Shown here piece by piece: positions 36,998 to 51,831 of a stretch of 56,829 nucleotides of DNA. Every line of letters starts with the position of its first letter. Position 1 is the stretch's first letter. The notes under the pieces are model-generated. The model was given only the letters and a program-made list of their open reading frames with translations. It made no database searches and had not been told where the DNA came from. The DNA comes from Dimargaris cristalligena (Eukaryota), in assembly GCA_003614675.1 (NCBI GenBank), contig ML002255.1, positions 1-56,829 on the forward strand, written 5' to 3'. The position numbers were made by a program, and so were the translations under genes.

Positions 36998-39900
36998 AAA
37001 CAAAACAAAAAACTAACAGATACATATTGAAGCTGGTTGCTATAAATAAGGCAATTCGAACTATAAGATTAGGTATCCGACGACGTAATTATGATTTTGA
37101 TTGCGCTTTCCTTCTATTCTAATGGCGAGTTCGCCGTGGTCCAAAAAATACGTACGGGTTAGCAAATGCGAGCTATGGGTAAATAGCAGTCACCCCGCTT
37201 TTGTTATTTAGCTGGCACCGACTCCATTCCCGAAATGGAGACCCCCTTATATTTACCAAATCAGTACTCACTACTATTCACCCCCCCCCACCCCATATCT
37301 GCCCAACGAAGTTAATTGCCCCAAATTAGGAAGCCGGTAGCTCGGCAAAATCTTTAAGAAACCTAATCTTCCGTTTCAATAAAGCCAACCCTCTTGACCT
37401 AGCCGTGTATTGGACACGACGAATATGGCAGGATAAGACCCAGGCCCCAATTTGCGGCGATATTTAATCAACTGTTATACCCTTTGTTGCAAATTTGTGT
37501 CGAGGCGGACCTGAGCGATGAGTCTGTAAGGGCCCGGGATAGTGTAGGCCATAAGATCCACTCGCTCCATACGAAACCACCACTAGTATGCCTCGGTAAC
37601 AACCATATTCCGTGGTGGGGTTCCGAAGATCCACCCATCTCCCGGCGGACTTTACAAATGAGAGTCCCCCGACTCTCTCTTTAACCCCTACATTTGCGAT
37701 GTTCATTGGACCCACCGCTGTATAGCACCGTGTTATAGACACCTTTACACGCTATTTTGGACTGCGGTATCGGCCAAAGCAGAGGGTTTAAGGGGTATCA
37801 TTTTAACATGTGATAATGTAGGTTGTATGTGGCATGAACTAAAGCCAGTGAGCTGATTTGCGGTCGGGTAATAGAAATATAAGGGTCGCGCGGTAATGAT
37901 CCACGGCCATTATTCGATAGCACAGACGCTTCTGGGGTTGATGGGGGCTAACTATTGGCGGGTTTAAGATCGCCATCCATCAAATAAGAACAGGAGGTAT
38001 GTATTATAGAGTCAAGGAGAGGAAGGGATTATTATCGTCAAAAACCAACCAAAGGAATCTCCCCCATCCCCTCTACCTCTCACCCTCGCTCCTGGACTAA
38101 AGTATTTAGCACGCATCTAAATATGAAAAGACCGAGGAAACGGACAAGTCCCTCGCATCCCACCCACAAGCCCTTTTAATTGCACCCGCACTGGACTGTA
38201 GTTGTATAACACTTATCCCTGAAGAGGCACCTATAGGCCCATCGTGCAGGATTTACCCATAAGGGGAAAAGACCCGCGACAATCTCGGGTGTCATTCTAT
38301 TTCATGTAAACCCCCCTCACCCTACCTGGATCCCCGGAATATATATGACACCGTGCCAATCATTTACCAAACGACCTCTGCTTACTGGCCGATGAAAGCT
38401 GATAAGAACGGAAGAGCCCCGTGCATAAATGATGTATAGCCAGCCACACATTCGTGACCAGACTGCTTATCCCTGGGATATTCTAGGGTTGGCATATAGA
38501 ATAAGGGTATAGAGAGTAGAGGGTGTTGAGTCAATGGAGAGACCCGACTGGCTGGTCAAACCTAACTATATAACTATATAAAAATTCGGCTTGATAAAAA
38601 ATAAAAAGAACGGTCTAACCCCGTGAGCCGCCCCTGCGCCTCATTGGCAAGAAGCAAGTCACGCCACTATCATGGGCGTATGATATCGCGACTGAATAGG
38701 CAAAAATGGTTTAAAGGCGAAACGAAACAAAGACGGAATGGCAGCATATCCCCTCCGAGCACCAGCACGACCCTCTCTATAGGGACTGTTTCCATACCTG
38801 AGTTGAGTAGACTTGATGGAGATACTACTAGTAGTGCCGACAACTCCCTTAAAACCCCTCTATTTCAGCATGCCCATGTGTGTGTGGTGGGGTCAACCCA
38901 CTACTGGCTGAGGTTTTGTATACATGATCAAGCCTGCGGCCCCCCACCACCTACCTACACGCACATCCCCATCTACCCACATAAACACGAGGAGTCAAAG
39001 TGGCGGTGCTGTATAGATCGTTCGTTGTTGGCGTGAAGCGGGGGTGCCCTACGGACCAATCCCTTGAGCACCTTTTTGAAGAAATAGGTAAGTAGACAGA
39101 GAGAAAAAGGTGGGTGTGGTTGATTGGGCTTGGAGGGACGAGACTCTATAGTCGGAGAGTTACGCTATCCTATCGATAATTCACGTTTAAAATGGACCCC
39201 CGTTTCGATTCTATGTTCATACTACTCATAATAATACTAAAAGATTTGAACGCCAAGAGTAATTTTATTGGGCCGCCACCTCAGGCAGTTTTTAATGAAC
39301 GAACATTAATTACGAGAAGTTGGATAATCCCTGCAGGTGTCAGTTGGAAGGTTGGCGACGAAGAATGAAACTGAAGGAAATCACAATTATAGCATCCGTA
39401 CGCGCATGCCTTCCACCTTGACGCCCTTTCCGCTTGGAATTCATTTCTTGGGGATTTCCAAACATCTCGTTGGGAGAAGGCTCGGGGAATGGTAGGCGAC
39501 CAACTAATTCTAACCTACAAAAAAAAAAGGAGGGGGAGGAAGGACATCATAGGTGTGTAGGAGGGAGGAGGGTAGAGATAGATGGGACTGGGGCGGAACG
39601 TGTTGTTGTGGGTTATTAGTGATAACCATTGGGGCTATAGGAAAGGGGGGATATGTATGTTTCATTATTAGCATGGCCGGACGAATCGTCGGGCCCCTCC
39701 CACTAAACCGGAAGGCTCCCGAAAAACACTATGGCGTTACCGACTGGCCGTATAGTAGGTGTGACAATGTCACGGCCGCCACGACTAGATTACACGACCG
39801 AATCAGCATCCCGCCATGATACCATTATGTTCCAAGTACAGCCATATCGTATACTCTGGAGCAAATGGCTAATGAACCCTCCCCAACCGACGGACTAATG

Positions 39901-41013
39901 TAGTGGGCATGTGGGGAAATACGCCGTGGAGGAAATAGGGAAGCTGGGCGGAACTGTGTTTAAAATATGTGGCCAGCTAGCTATAAGGGAAAAGTGTTTA
40001 GAGAAAAGGGTAAACCGGCCGCTATTCCTAAACTACACTTGGACACTGTATCCCGAACAACTCATCCGAAATAGGCAACCGGATTGACCCAGGGGCGTGT
40101 CGAGAGGAATCCTCGAGATATACTATAACGAAGCCTTCGGGACTAAGAAGACCTGAAGGGCCTTGGCAGTTGGGGGAGTCCAGCCTCCTACTTCCGGTGG
40201 AGACTCGATTTTCCTATGCCCCATTGCGAATACAAAGGAAGTTCCTTACATTATGCCTAGCCGCCGCAGGAGTAGCCCGGAAAAGGAAAGGTGAGCGCCC
40301 TATAGCGAAGACCCGATACCTCGACTACCACCACCTCTGTGGAGGGGGGGCGGCCTGGGGTAAAGGCCAATTAAGGAGGAAATCCACGGACTAGGCCCAA
40401 CAGTCAGTCTGGCGATGTACAAGGGCCAGCACCATTGTTATCAGCAGGGCAGATGGCTGGAAATTAAAAATATATCCCTTAATAGAGAAGGAGGCCTTTA
40501 AACTAGGCGAGGAGAGGGGGGAGGTGCCTCTCTATTCAGGGTGCGTGGAAATATATCCGCCAAAAGCAATTTTATACGCACCCTGTTTTATAAATGTGTA
40601 CCCAGGTATATATACCGTAAAAGCATTTATCTCTTACAACCTTTTCATTACTATATTAAAGATACCGATGAGATGATGCCCTCCCTATATTCCCCACTCT
40701 CTCTCCCCCTTCTTTATCAGCTAAGGAGCACGCCATCGCCAGCCAATCAACCAGTAGGATGGGCCGGGGACAGGTAATGCAGTTCAGTAGCACCACCAGC
40801 ACGAATCTCACAGTGTGTATATCAGCTGGCCCACCACACTCTGCCAAAAGACCATTTCGGCCATGGGCGCCTTCTGGATGTATTCCCCTACTCCGACAGG
40901 GGAGAAAACCCTTGAAAACAAAGGGACGCAAAGACAAGAAAAGCAAAGAAACCCTGTCCGCAAAACAACGGTCACAAAGGCCAGTCTCGGAACCACCCGC
41001 CTATAGGGGATCC

Positions 41014-41046
<33 letters not shown>

Positions 41047-41885
41047 CATTCAAGGCGGTGGTGGTGAGCCATAGTGGGCTGGAATGGGGAGGAGGCGTTG
41101 CTGGGCCATAATAATGCCCAGCGGAAAAGGGGGCATGAGGTGCGGATAGGGAACCCGAGACTGCTGACCAGGCGGCCCCGATTGGGAACCGTGACTGGTC
41201 TACGTATAACCTCCTCCCCCCTTTCTCATATCGCGGGCCACTCTAAATTGTGGGGCGGAGTGGGATGGAAATGACCCGCCCAGAACCGAAAAGAATCATC
41301 TTATCGCAGTCATCAAAGAGGGTGGCGGCAATGATTAATGAAGCGTAGAAATGGAAGGAACTGGCAAAGCGGATGTGGGAATATAGGCGCACCTGACCCC
41401 ATTAGCCGTATCTAATCAATTCTTCATTCCCAATACATGCAATATACCATACCATACTGTACTATACTATACTATACTATATTTATACATATATACATAC
41501 CCACAGACGTGGCCACCCCACCTTGCCCCGCCGCCCCACGCAGCATCCCGGCGCACTAGTGGTCCCCTACCCGAAGGAGTGTTCCTCGCGACAGCGGCAC
41601 CTCGTTCAGTTGATGCACAGCAACGGCTGGGAAACAATACAGTAAAGTTGGTTTATCCTCTCCTATCCAGCCCACGTGCCAAAGGGAGACACCGAATGAG
41701 AAGTGACGCTAAACTGGGCTGGAAAAGGAGGAATTTGAAAAAAAGAATAAAAGGGGGGAGGGGTGTTGAAAGGTCGAGTGATTCTTGTCCATTTTAGCCC
41801 CCTCGCCATTATAAAAATACGCATGGCATCTGTCCAAAACGAGTCACACTGCCAGTTCTATTCCATCACACACCCACCCACATGT

Positions 41886-41916
<31 letters not shown>

Positions 41917-43809
41917 CACATCTGTACTTACGTAGATGCAGCCGAGTGGATTATAGGTGACGGCGGAATGGCTCTTCCAAGTAGCCACTATTCGCTATCG
42001 ATGGCGCCATCATTGTAGGGGTTGTCGGTACACACACATACGCACACCTGCTTTAATAGACCGACCATGGTAGGTATAGTGACTGCCCAGTCGCTGCAGG
42101 TATATTGACCCCTCCATCTAGAAGGACCAGCGCCCGCCCATCTGACGAGAATAATCAATCAGCTGAATACATTATGGAGGAGTGGTGGTAGTAGGTGCCA
42201 GATCCGCAGTGACTCGGAATAGACAAACTCACCCGAACGGCCGCATCGTATCTTTCCAGGATCGCTTGTAGCCGGAGGAAGAGTGCAATGCCGGTCCAGC
42301 CGAAGCCCTGGGAGGTTAGATTCCCGCCCTTTCGGGGCAGCCGCAAGCTATAGACAGGCACGTGAGCGGGGTGATGATGATAGGAGAAGCCCCTCTCCAT
42401 CTTCGTATATCTATTTTTTTCTGGTTTGGCGGACAATCAATGTGGAAAGGTGGGTGTGTGTGTAAAAAATAGAAATACACTAGTGAGAGGAGGGCGCATT
42501 GTTTCTTGGCACTAAAACGAGTCCGCCATACCCAAAGTATGGGTGGGGTCCGCCAGTAGACTTTTTACCGATCACGGGATTATTAACATCCGAAATTGGG
42601 GCCAAATAATTAGTATGGAGAAGGAGGAGGTATTTTCTTCCATGGATGGCCCCCTCTGGTACTGTGTAATGCGGTTGATTTATTTTTCGCAACCGTATAA
42701 TGGCAGTTGGTGCGACCACTAGAAACAAGGAAAAGAGATGGTGTATATTGAACCAGTGACCATGTGTGCGTTGGGGAGAGCGGTTGGACTGCTGCCAAAG
42801 CCAGACAACCATAGCCTCTATACTATTATCAGCGTAGAAGGGGTGTGTGGGCACTGAAACAACAACCAACTGTATTTTCACCCCTATCGCTGGGCCTGAA
42901 CCGGAGGATACCAGCAGGTCCATAGTATATACCCCGACCAAAACTAACCAACTACTCTGGTTTAGCGTAGCAGCTGCCTGCTAAGGACGATTAGGAATCC
43001 TCCAACCACCTCAACTATGGCCATAGGGGTTGGGGAAGAGGAGGGGGTGGAGAACCAAACAATTACCGCACCACACCACACTGACACGGCCCCTTTTACG
43101 GCAACAGGCCGATTTCCACGGCCCTGGTTCACCACTGGGGCGATTAATTTTGAGTGGGGAAACAGTCGGTGGTTAAATTGGGTGGCTACTATAAGCGGCA
43201 ATCGACACTGCCTGACTACTGACCCCTGTACGGCCGGGGTTTTCTCGTTCTTTTCTCACTTATTTAGATATATATATATATATAGTTGGGTAATACTGAG
43301 TGACAACCCCGTCTGGAATATGGGGAGGGGGGATCTGGCTGGGCAGGGCCCATGTGGATAACAGTGAATCATTGAAGCTGTTCCCTTTGGGCGTGGGAGG
43401 CGGCTCTTATGACGATAGCAGCTGTCTGCCTGTCTTATCAGTAAGATCAATATCACCCCAACACGAATACCAACATCAACATCAGCACCACTACTGTAAT
43501 AAGGGGGATATATATTCCCCAGCTCCCTCTTCTTCCGGTTAACCCTCTAATTAACGGAGATGAACACCCCCAATAGATTGGCCATTCACTGCGGAACCCC
43601 AACCGCGTTACAACAAGTCCCACTGTGCAGTCACTTGGTTGATTTTTTTAGCCATAGAGAGGGGGTACATATATATGAGATGGAGAGGCCCCTTTCATCG
43701 CCCATAGACGGGAGGTAACCCAATCACTACTATGTATATATAAATGTACATTTTACGTTATAATAATAACATCGCCGCTGATAAGATGACGGCCGGTTGG
43801 TTGGTTGTA

Positions 43810-43980
43810 ACTTTTTAAGTGGTCACATGAACCAATCAAGTACTTTTTAAGTGGCCGCATGAACCAATCAAGTACTTTTTAAGTGGTCGCATGAACCAAT
43901 CAAGTTGGCCGGGTGTTACTTAGGCATGGCTAGTTTTTATAGTGGGCCGGGTGTTACTTGGGCATGGCTAGTTTTTACAG
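43810..43980. repeat. Compound minisatellite: 32-bp unit x3 followed directly by 38-bp unit x2
   Basis: (ACTTTTTAAGTGGYCRCATGAACCAATCAAGT)x3 at 43810-43905; (TKGGCCGGGTGTTACTTRGGCATGGCTAGTTTTTAYAG)x2 at 43905-43980. Confidence 0.9.
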
Positions 43981-45131
43981 TTAGAGGGTTTTGGACTCCA
44001 GTGTTCTCTCCTCTTCCTCGCATATACCACATCCCTAACCCTAACTAACACCAAAACATGCTTCCACTTAACCTACGAACTTTAGATTGTCGCCTCTCGG
44101 TGGCAATTAATTACAGGGACTCTTTGGCCAGGCTAGTAAAGTATCCCTGACTGCTGGAATATAATATACTCAACACCTCTCTTTACACCAGTAGTGTCCA
44201 TTTGACATGGGGGGGTTAGGAAGAGAAACACACTAGATCTATTAAGTGGTGGTCCTTGCACTTGGCGAGATCCCCCCCTCATGGTTATTATTTAGAAGGA
44301 TCTATTGTTAGCAAATAAGATGGGGGGGGTTAGGGCACACAGTAAGGCCGACTAGGTGCATGGCCGATCCTGGACAACTTGCAGGGCCAAAGATGAACGC
44401 CGCACACTGATTAAGCACCAGAAAGTGTGGGTTAGGGAACCCCAATTGGTGGCATGGTGAGATGACGTATTCCATGGAAGAGGGAGGTTTTATATTGTCC
44501 ATGGCAACACAGCCGCCGCTTCGTCTGGCTTATAATGGCCGATATTCCACTACCCTTCTTGCCACTTCCTCCTCCCCAACCCTCAAGATATATACGGGTG
44601 CGGTCACAATAACCAACAATAACCAGACCTGGCCTGATACAGCGAGGGAGGAAGGAAGGGTGACTACGGTGATGGAAATGAAAAGGATGCATTGGTCAGA
44701 CCACCCGGTGGATTGGGAACAGAACGGGAAAATGGGGACCGAGTTTCACCGAGAGTCGGGCACTGATTGGTTGCCGTATTCGAGGAACGGCCGACAAAGG
44801 AAGCGCGGAGGTTGTGCTCATCCAACGCTGAAGCCGCCACCTCTCTCTCCCTCGCCTCTCTAATTTTTATATCTATACCTCGCTCTTTTCCCGAGTGCCG
44901 TGGAAAGGGCGATTTCTATATATAGCAGTATACTGCTGGGTTAGTCGAAGGGGAGGCGCAGTCGAGAGGGAGGGTGGTATAGCAGCTAATGGATTAACCA
45001 TTAGGCTAGTCTACTTGTACTCTCTCTCTCTCTCTCTTGTACCGGCCCTAGTTGGCATGGGGTAAAATGAGACGGACCGACAGGATAATCAGGCGCCGGT
45101 CACAACAACTGGATATTATACTATAATATAA

Positions 45132-45178
45132 AGGGGAAAGAGAGTGACCGGGATAGGGGAAAGAGAGTGACTGGGATT
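45132..45178. repeat. Short tandem duplication (2 copies, ~23-bp period)
   Basis: AGGGGAAAGAGAGTGACCGGGAT followed by AGGGGAAAGAGAGTGACTGGGAT. Confidence 0.75.
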
Positions 45179-45843
45179 GTGACGGTGGTCAAGCAAATTC
45201 GGCCCATGCTCTGTTTGGGTGGTCCACAGCCGCCTTCCGCGTCCATCGCGACAATCCACTATCATTACTTCTCTTATCATTTTGATCTATCATCCTAACC
45301 CTCTAAGCCTAAGAGAGGACGCGCGACCCAGATGATACCGCCCCACACTAACCCTCTAGGCAAGCAAAGGAGGGGAGGGGGTGCACTGATGGGCGGATAA
45401 GGTCATACACTCCAAGAAGTACCCTCCCTCTTTCGCCTCCCCTTTCCCACCCTCTTTTTTTCACTGGGTTTTTCTATGCTTGGCCATCGTTCCAGCATCT
45501 ACTCTACACGGCCTCCGCGAGATTATCTAAACCGCCTACTCTCTCTCTTATTCATCTCGGCTAATTAACCCCTTGTCCTACTCGGTCCGGTAGATGGTCA
45601 GGCGACTCCAAGGGCGTCCCCGTCCAAATATAGACCAGCGGATAAGGCAGGGTGGAAGCGATAATTCCATCTGGTTGGATTGGTGGTGGGTGTGGACACG
45701 AATACCGGTGTGTAATCGACTCATTGGGCGCTTGTACTCCCTAGAGTAGCACATTGGTAAAGAAGCCCCGTTTTACTTTCCTCGTATTGCCTATTCGCTG
45801 GAGAAATACCACATAATAAGGATGCTGATGATTTATTTTCATG

Positions 45844-45866
45844 ATTATTATTATTATTATTATTAT

Positions 45867-45905
<39 letters not shown>

Positions 45906-45910
45906 CAGTA
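45844..45910. repeat. Compound microsatellite (ATT)n(AGT)n
   Basis: ATT repeats run directly into AGT repeats. Confidence 0.95.
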
Positions 45911-48900
45911 TGAGTGAGATGGTGAAAAAAAACCCCTTCCACATTGGGCCTAGATGAAGAAGACGAAAAAAACACCTAATACACTCTACTATTTCACACA
46001 CAGCTTAATCAGAAACATTTCTACGCACATCTGGCAAAGGCGCAATTATCGGACTGGGCGGCTTACAGTGTATGATTGGCGTGGCGAGTCTGGCCCATCT
46101 AAACTATTTGATTGATTTCTTTTCGGTAGACGATGTTACAAATGGGGAAAGCACTGCGAAAAGGGGGAAGAATAAAGCCGTTTTTTTATTGACCACACAC
46201 CGTTTGGACAGTATGGGGTTGTGTGACTGAATTTCTCGACAGCGGGGCAGTCACGCAATAGGGTCGATTGGCTTATTGCGATCCCCAAGCCATAAAAAAA
46301 CCACTGTGCTGTGTGGCCTGCGTTGGGGCAGCCTCGTCTCAAAAAGAAACCCCCCCCCATTACATCTCCCTCCGCTATCATGATTAGATGGTTCCTGCTT
46401 CACTGACCCAGAAGGCGTTGTAACCTCGGCCCTTGCTGTGGTGACCACCGCCGATACAATAAAAAGCCCCGGTTGGGTTGAGTTGGCCTTTCCTCGGGGC
46501 ATGGGACAGACACACCCCACCTCACTTTAATATCACACCCCCTTCTATTACTAGACAAAACATGTCCCGCTGGAGGTCTGCTCGGTTATATTCCCCTCTT
46601 CATATAATATATATATATATATATTCAACAAAAGAATAAATGGGCCTGTTCTTTCGCCTGCACGCTATGTGTACAGACTGGGGGAGGTGCTGTGTTTTCG
46701 CATGTGCCCAACAACACCGTTCACTAGCATCGTCATCAACGGTTGGCCCGTGGCGAGATGTGGATGGTGTACCAACGATTCCGATTGAATTATACAGTGC
46801 TTTGGGTGGTTAAAGGACTGTTGTTGCCGCAGTGAACAAACGAATCAGCCCTTTTCCCTTCGTTGGGGTCAGCTTGGTGGGCCATTGGTTCATGAACCCA
46901 AATCCCTCTCTCTCCTAACCCAGCCTTGCTAAATGTTTACCGTCTCCCCCACCCAAATAGTCCATAATAAAAATAGGGGAGTAGAAGGAATGTTCTGTGC
47001 CATGGTCATTGTATTTGTCTAGCTTAGCCATGTAATGCTAGCGTCGGAATAGGCCCAACACCTGGCCGAGTATTCCTTGTATTTCCGGCTGGATAGCCCC
47101 CTAGCAAAGCCGCCATTAATAATCACTGACCTAACGGAACAATGCCGATGCTGTTGATATTGATGATGTTAATGGCGGAGGGGCGGGTGGTCACAACTGT
47201 GACCGTGGCTTCCAATGTGAATTCTGACAGGCCCAAGACCAATCTTAAGCAGAATGAAAAGCATGATAATTTATAATATAATAATAAGAGGGAGAGCACG
47301 GGAATAGGCGAAAGAGGGGTGGGGATTTTCGGGGTTGTTTTTGTTACAGTTTAACAGTGAGCAACGGAGAGAGAGAGAGAGAAGGGGTGGTACATGATAT
47401 CTTGGGCCACTGGTTGGTTCCTCATAGACTGTCTTATTGCCAGTCCCACCACCTCCTCCTTATTTTCCCGGTGTGCGTGGATGCCAGTCAACTACCTCTC
47501 CCATTTCATAGCAGCTGGGCCAGTCGGAGAAACGGGGTCTATATAGTCGGGGAGGGGGTATAACCCAATGGGGTGCCCTCTCCTCCCTTAGTAGCTAGCG
47601 CATACAGCCACCCTTATTTTTTTATGCACCTCCCCCATTTAGGGCCATGGTCATTTCGCGTACCTCTCTTTTCTTGTCCTATCCTATCACACACCCCTTT
47701 GCTGGCTGTATCTTCTCTATATATGCGCATCTCCGCCAACTGGTGAGGTAGTATAAAACCCCGGGCCTATCCTCCCACTCGTCGTTCGGTTTGCTTACTA
47801 CTTTTACCTCTCTAGTCCTTCCTTCCTTGTATACCTCCTAATCCTCTACTGAAGAATAAACTCCGTTGTCATTCTTTCGCTTTAATATTCCTTGCGATTG
47901 GTATATTCCCTCTTTGTCTACTGTGTGAAGTTCACCGAGCTATATCAAAAATACACTCTTCCGCTGCCTTAAAAATTATCCCCTCCACTTGCTTGGTCGC
48001 CTTCTCGTTTGTCTACCTGGAAACCTCCTTCAAATACCACCGCCTGGTATCTCTTTCGCTTCAATCTTTATTCGTGAACCTTCCTGCTCTTCCGCTTCCT
48101 CCGCTCTTTGCGACTGCTCTCCACCCTCCTCTGCTCTGGTTCGTACTGCCCTAACCTTCTCCTTTTACCTTTATATATATATACCCCCCAGTGACTTGCC
48201 GTTTTCCATCAATATCTACTACAGGTTGCTTCGGTTCCCTTTTTCTCTCTCTCTCTATTCCTGTATTTTTCTTACCTCCTCTCCTTTTATTCTCCTCGTT
48301 GCTGCAAGGTTGTCATGGCAATTGTGTACCAACGGCCCTTGTTTTTCCAACCGCGCGTTTTTAACACCTTTAATTTCTTGTTCATCTTTTGGCAAGCCCG
48401 TCAGGGTTCTTAAGCTCTTCTCCGCCGATACCGTCATCACTCGGCTTATCTCCCTCCCCCTTTATATATCTCCCCCTTTCTATTTGGGTCCAACACCCCT
48501 TCGCCTGCGAGTTGTTGTGCATCGCATCCTTCTGCACCACTGCCTGTGTCTTTTCTGTGCAGCTCTGCTTGATTACCAAGTCTTTTTGCATCGTCGTCAC
48601 TCAATAAGCCCCTTGGACTGTCCCCCTTTATATATCTCCTCCACCCCTCACTAACATCTGTCATTTCGCCCGCGTACTCTCTCTCTCTCTCTCTCCTTCT
48701 CCTCTCTTCTATCAATTTGACTGTTATTATTCTCCATCTTGGTTGGGTGTGACTTGCCGGTATATTCGTCCCATCTTTTCCTTTCTACTGTGACAGTATA
48801 ACCTCTCCCCGTCTGACGTACAGCACGCGCTCGTTGGATCATTCCATATCAACCCACCGGCTGGCCCCTGATTCCTTATCCATCTGATCAGTTCGGCAAA

Positions 48901-49439
48901 TCTTGCTATATCAGCCAATCCCCTGACTGCTGACGCCTTTTTATTATCGCTTCACATCATCCCGCGTCTTGATATTTCGGTCCCTCTACGGTCTGTGACT
49001 CGCTTTCGGTGCATCCCTTTATTCCTTTCGCCATTTCATTCGTCCGCCGTCAAATGTGTGCTAATGCGGCCTTCTACTAGCTGTCCCCATTTGTCGCTAT
49101 TTTCGTTCCTATCCCTTCCTGTTTTCCTCGCCTGTAATTCCCCCCTTATTCATTACGGCATTTAAACCGCCCAGTGGTTTTACTACTACCATTATTATTA
49201 TTATTATTTCATAATCGACCAATAATCCTTGCCCTTTCCCGGCACGTTTATTTAGTTGGACCCTCTCTATCCCCCGACCCCCGAATTTTCCCGGCCCTTT
49301 CCGATAATTACTGGCAACCTTCTTTTTGGCCGTCAAATCATCTTTAGCTTATCTACTGCGGTCTACATTTCGTAAGCGACCACTCGCTTTGGCTACTATC
49401 GTAGAGTCTTTTTCTCCGATTCTTTCTTCTTCACATACC

Positions 49440-51831
49440 ATGAAGGTCGCTTCCAATATGGCCCTCAACCACTGCGGGGAAACCCTCACCGCTCTTCCCA
49501 ACGGTGCTGACCTCTCCTCTGATATCCCCGTGGATACCCTTGAGAAGATGCGCGCCGAAAACCGAGAACGCAAGAAGCGTTGGCGCGAGAATAACGAAGA
49601 ACGCAGTAAGTATTATTTCATAAGTTAATTATATCACAATGGCCTACTTCATGTCCAACAGCAGCATAATATGTCCCTTTTCATTCAAAGTAATCCTATG
49701 CGCCAAGTTCTCAAATGGGAATTTCCGGGCTTTGGCCGGTGTTCTATATAATATTGAGGAAGGGGGGTCTAAGCTGCTTTTTTTTTTTGTTCCGTAGGCG
49801 GGGGGCGGCGGCTGATGCATCGAAATATTTGGGTACTTGGACGCCTGGTTATGGGAATACCAGCTAGGGTACATTCAAGCCCACCCCAATCGACAATCCC
49901 CCCCCCCTCCTACGGCAAAGCAGCTTCGACCGTCTCTACTTTTTTTATACGGGATTTTTCCAAATGATATCGCACGGCGATTTCAAGCAGGTCACGTGCC
50001 GTTTGTCATATCAGTTTAATCTTGCTGATCTTATCAGTGTACTCTTGCGCCCTCACCCATATACTTACCTATATTTATGCGATTTGGTTTATTCTTTGCC
50101 CTCCCTTTTATATCTTTAGACAAGGATAACGACCTGCGTTGTCGAGTTAACAAGCGGGCCAACAAACTATACGGCGAAGGCCCGTCGGAAGCCAAGGCTC
50201 GTTGGGCCGAGGAGGAATTTCAGCGCCGGCGGTCTCGCCGTATGAATAAGGAAACCAAGCGTATGGTTGGGGGACCTAACCCCAACCACCTTCCCCATCA
50301 TCCCAATGGCTCGGCCCCCAACGGCGGTGGCCACCACCATCTTTACCTGCCTTCGTCACCCGTCAACGGCTGCAGCGCCGGTTTCATGCATCCCGTCACG
50401 CCCGGCAGCAGTGTGCCCACCACCCCTATGCCACTCCAACCCATGGCCTCGAACCACCTACCCCATGCGTCCAGCCTGGCCCTGCCGCCGCTGCATCTAC
50501 CCCCCGCCGTGTTATCCAGCCCCTCCCGTCATTCAGCGGCACCATCATCATCGTCAAACCCTTCGGGTACTTCGATGACCGGAGCTACTGCGACAAACTC
50601 CCACCAGTACGCCAACGACCGACATGCTATCGCCCGCGATTTCTGGAAAATCGTCACCGATCTCAAGCACGATCTATCCTCGACGTCGTCGTCTTCTGCC
50701 AACTCCCCATCAGCTCAACATCTCCATCATATGCCTGCTTCCCTCACCAGCCCCGTTCCATCGTCATGTGGGGGTTCTCCCCGGGCCGGGCGGTTGAATG
50801 ATGCCAGTGTCGATATGGACGCCAGTGCCAACCACGCTAACCCGAACTCCATTTCCAATGCTTACGTGAGGCACCCCCGGGGCTATTCCTCCTCGGCCAC
50901 TGATGTGGGTCGCCGGCAAGGTGGACCTTCGGAAACCACCATGGTTAGCCCTCGTGCCCTCCCCATAGGCGTGGCCTCGATCCAGCCCCGTTGCGAGCTG
51001 AAGCAGTCTATCATTGAAATGGGTCGGGCTTCGTCACCCAATCTGTTCGTGGCCCGCTCGCAGCCCCCCTCCCCCCTTCAGCGGGCCGGTTTCCGCCTCC
51101 CTTCCATCCACTGGGAGTCGTGTCCTCAGCACCCGGTTTCTACCACTACTGCCCTACCTCACATCAACCAGCTTTACGATCACCAGTCCACTTCATCAAC
51201 CTCAGTTTCAATGATGGTAACTACTCCCTCGGCTAAACGGCGGCGGTCCCATGCTGATCACCACGATGGCAGTCGTGGTTGTAATGGTAATCCTAGTGGC
51301 TCGACGGGTAAACCCGGCGAGGAAGCGTTCCCCTCCGGGATGGTAACTCCATCGTCCATCACCAACTCGCCTTCCCTGCCCCCACTCTCCAGCGTCTTTT
51401 GTTCCTGCTGCTGCGGTAAAAACCACGGTCAGCCGAACACGACTTCCCCCGCTCTACTTTACATTGCCCATAGTAAAACATCCATACCCACGCCAGTTGC
51501 TGGTCCAGGGTCGATGGCCGTTTCCGGTGACGGGACTACTATGGCAGCGACCATTGCGAATGGTGAGGCTAACGATGATGTAGTGGCGGCCCATACCCCC
51601 CGCCGGGCCGTTCTGGATTCGAATGTGCCTTCTACGCTCCAACTGGCTACAACCGCTTGTCTCGAAAACGAGTCTCAGCAGCAGCAGAAGCGTAAGCGTT
51701 CTACCCTATCGACATCATCTACTTCTTCCCAGTACGCCAATGATGATGTAGTGAAGGACGACGATGCCAGCAAGTATCCCATGGATGCTGTCATGAGCCT
51801 AGTTGCTCTGCGAGGAACCACTTGGGTGTAA
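49440..51831 (+). CDS. DUF3020-family fungal protein (probably nuclear/regulatory). Exons 49440-49605, 50120-51831
   Basis: Splicing reconstitutes RAENRERKKRWRENNEERNKDNDLRCRVNKRANKLYG...WAEEEFQRRRSRR, the DUF3020 signature, followed by a long Ser/Pro/His-rich disordered region. Confidence 0.85.

Noticed and set aside
43810-43905. CRISPR-like 32-bp repeats
   Set aside because: Repeats are head-to-tail with no spacers, there are no cas genes, and the context is eukaryotic
45721-46001. Poly-T/N and poly-L/I ORFs
   Set aside because: Translations of the (ATT)n(AGT)n microsatellite
47989-48654. 221-aa ORF
   Set aside because: Non-ATG start and Leu/Ser/Phe-rich composition caused by a pyrimidine-rich leader
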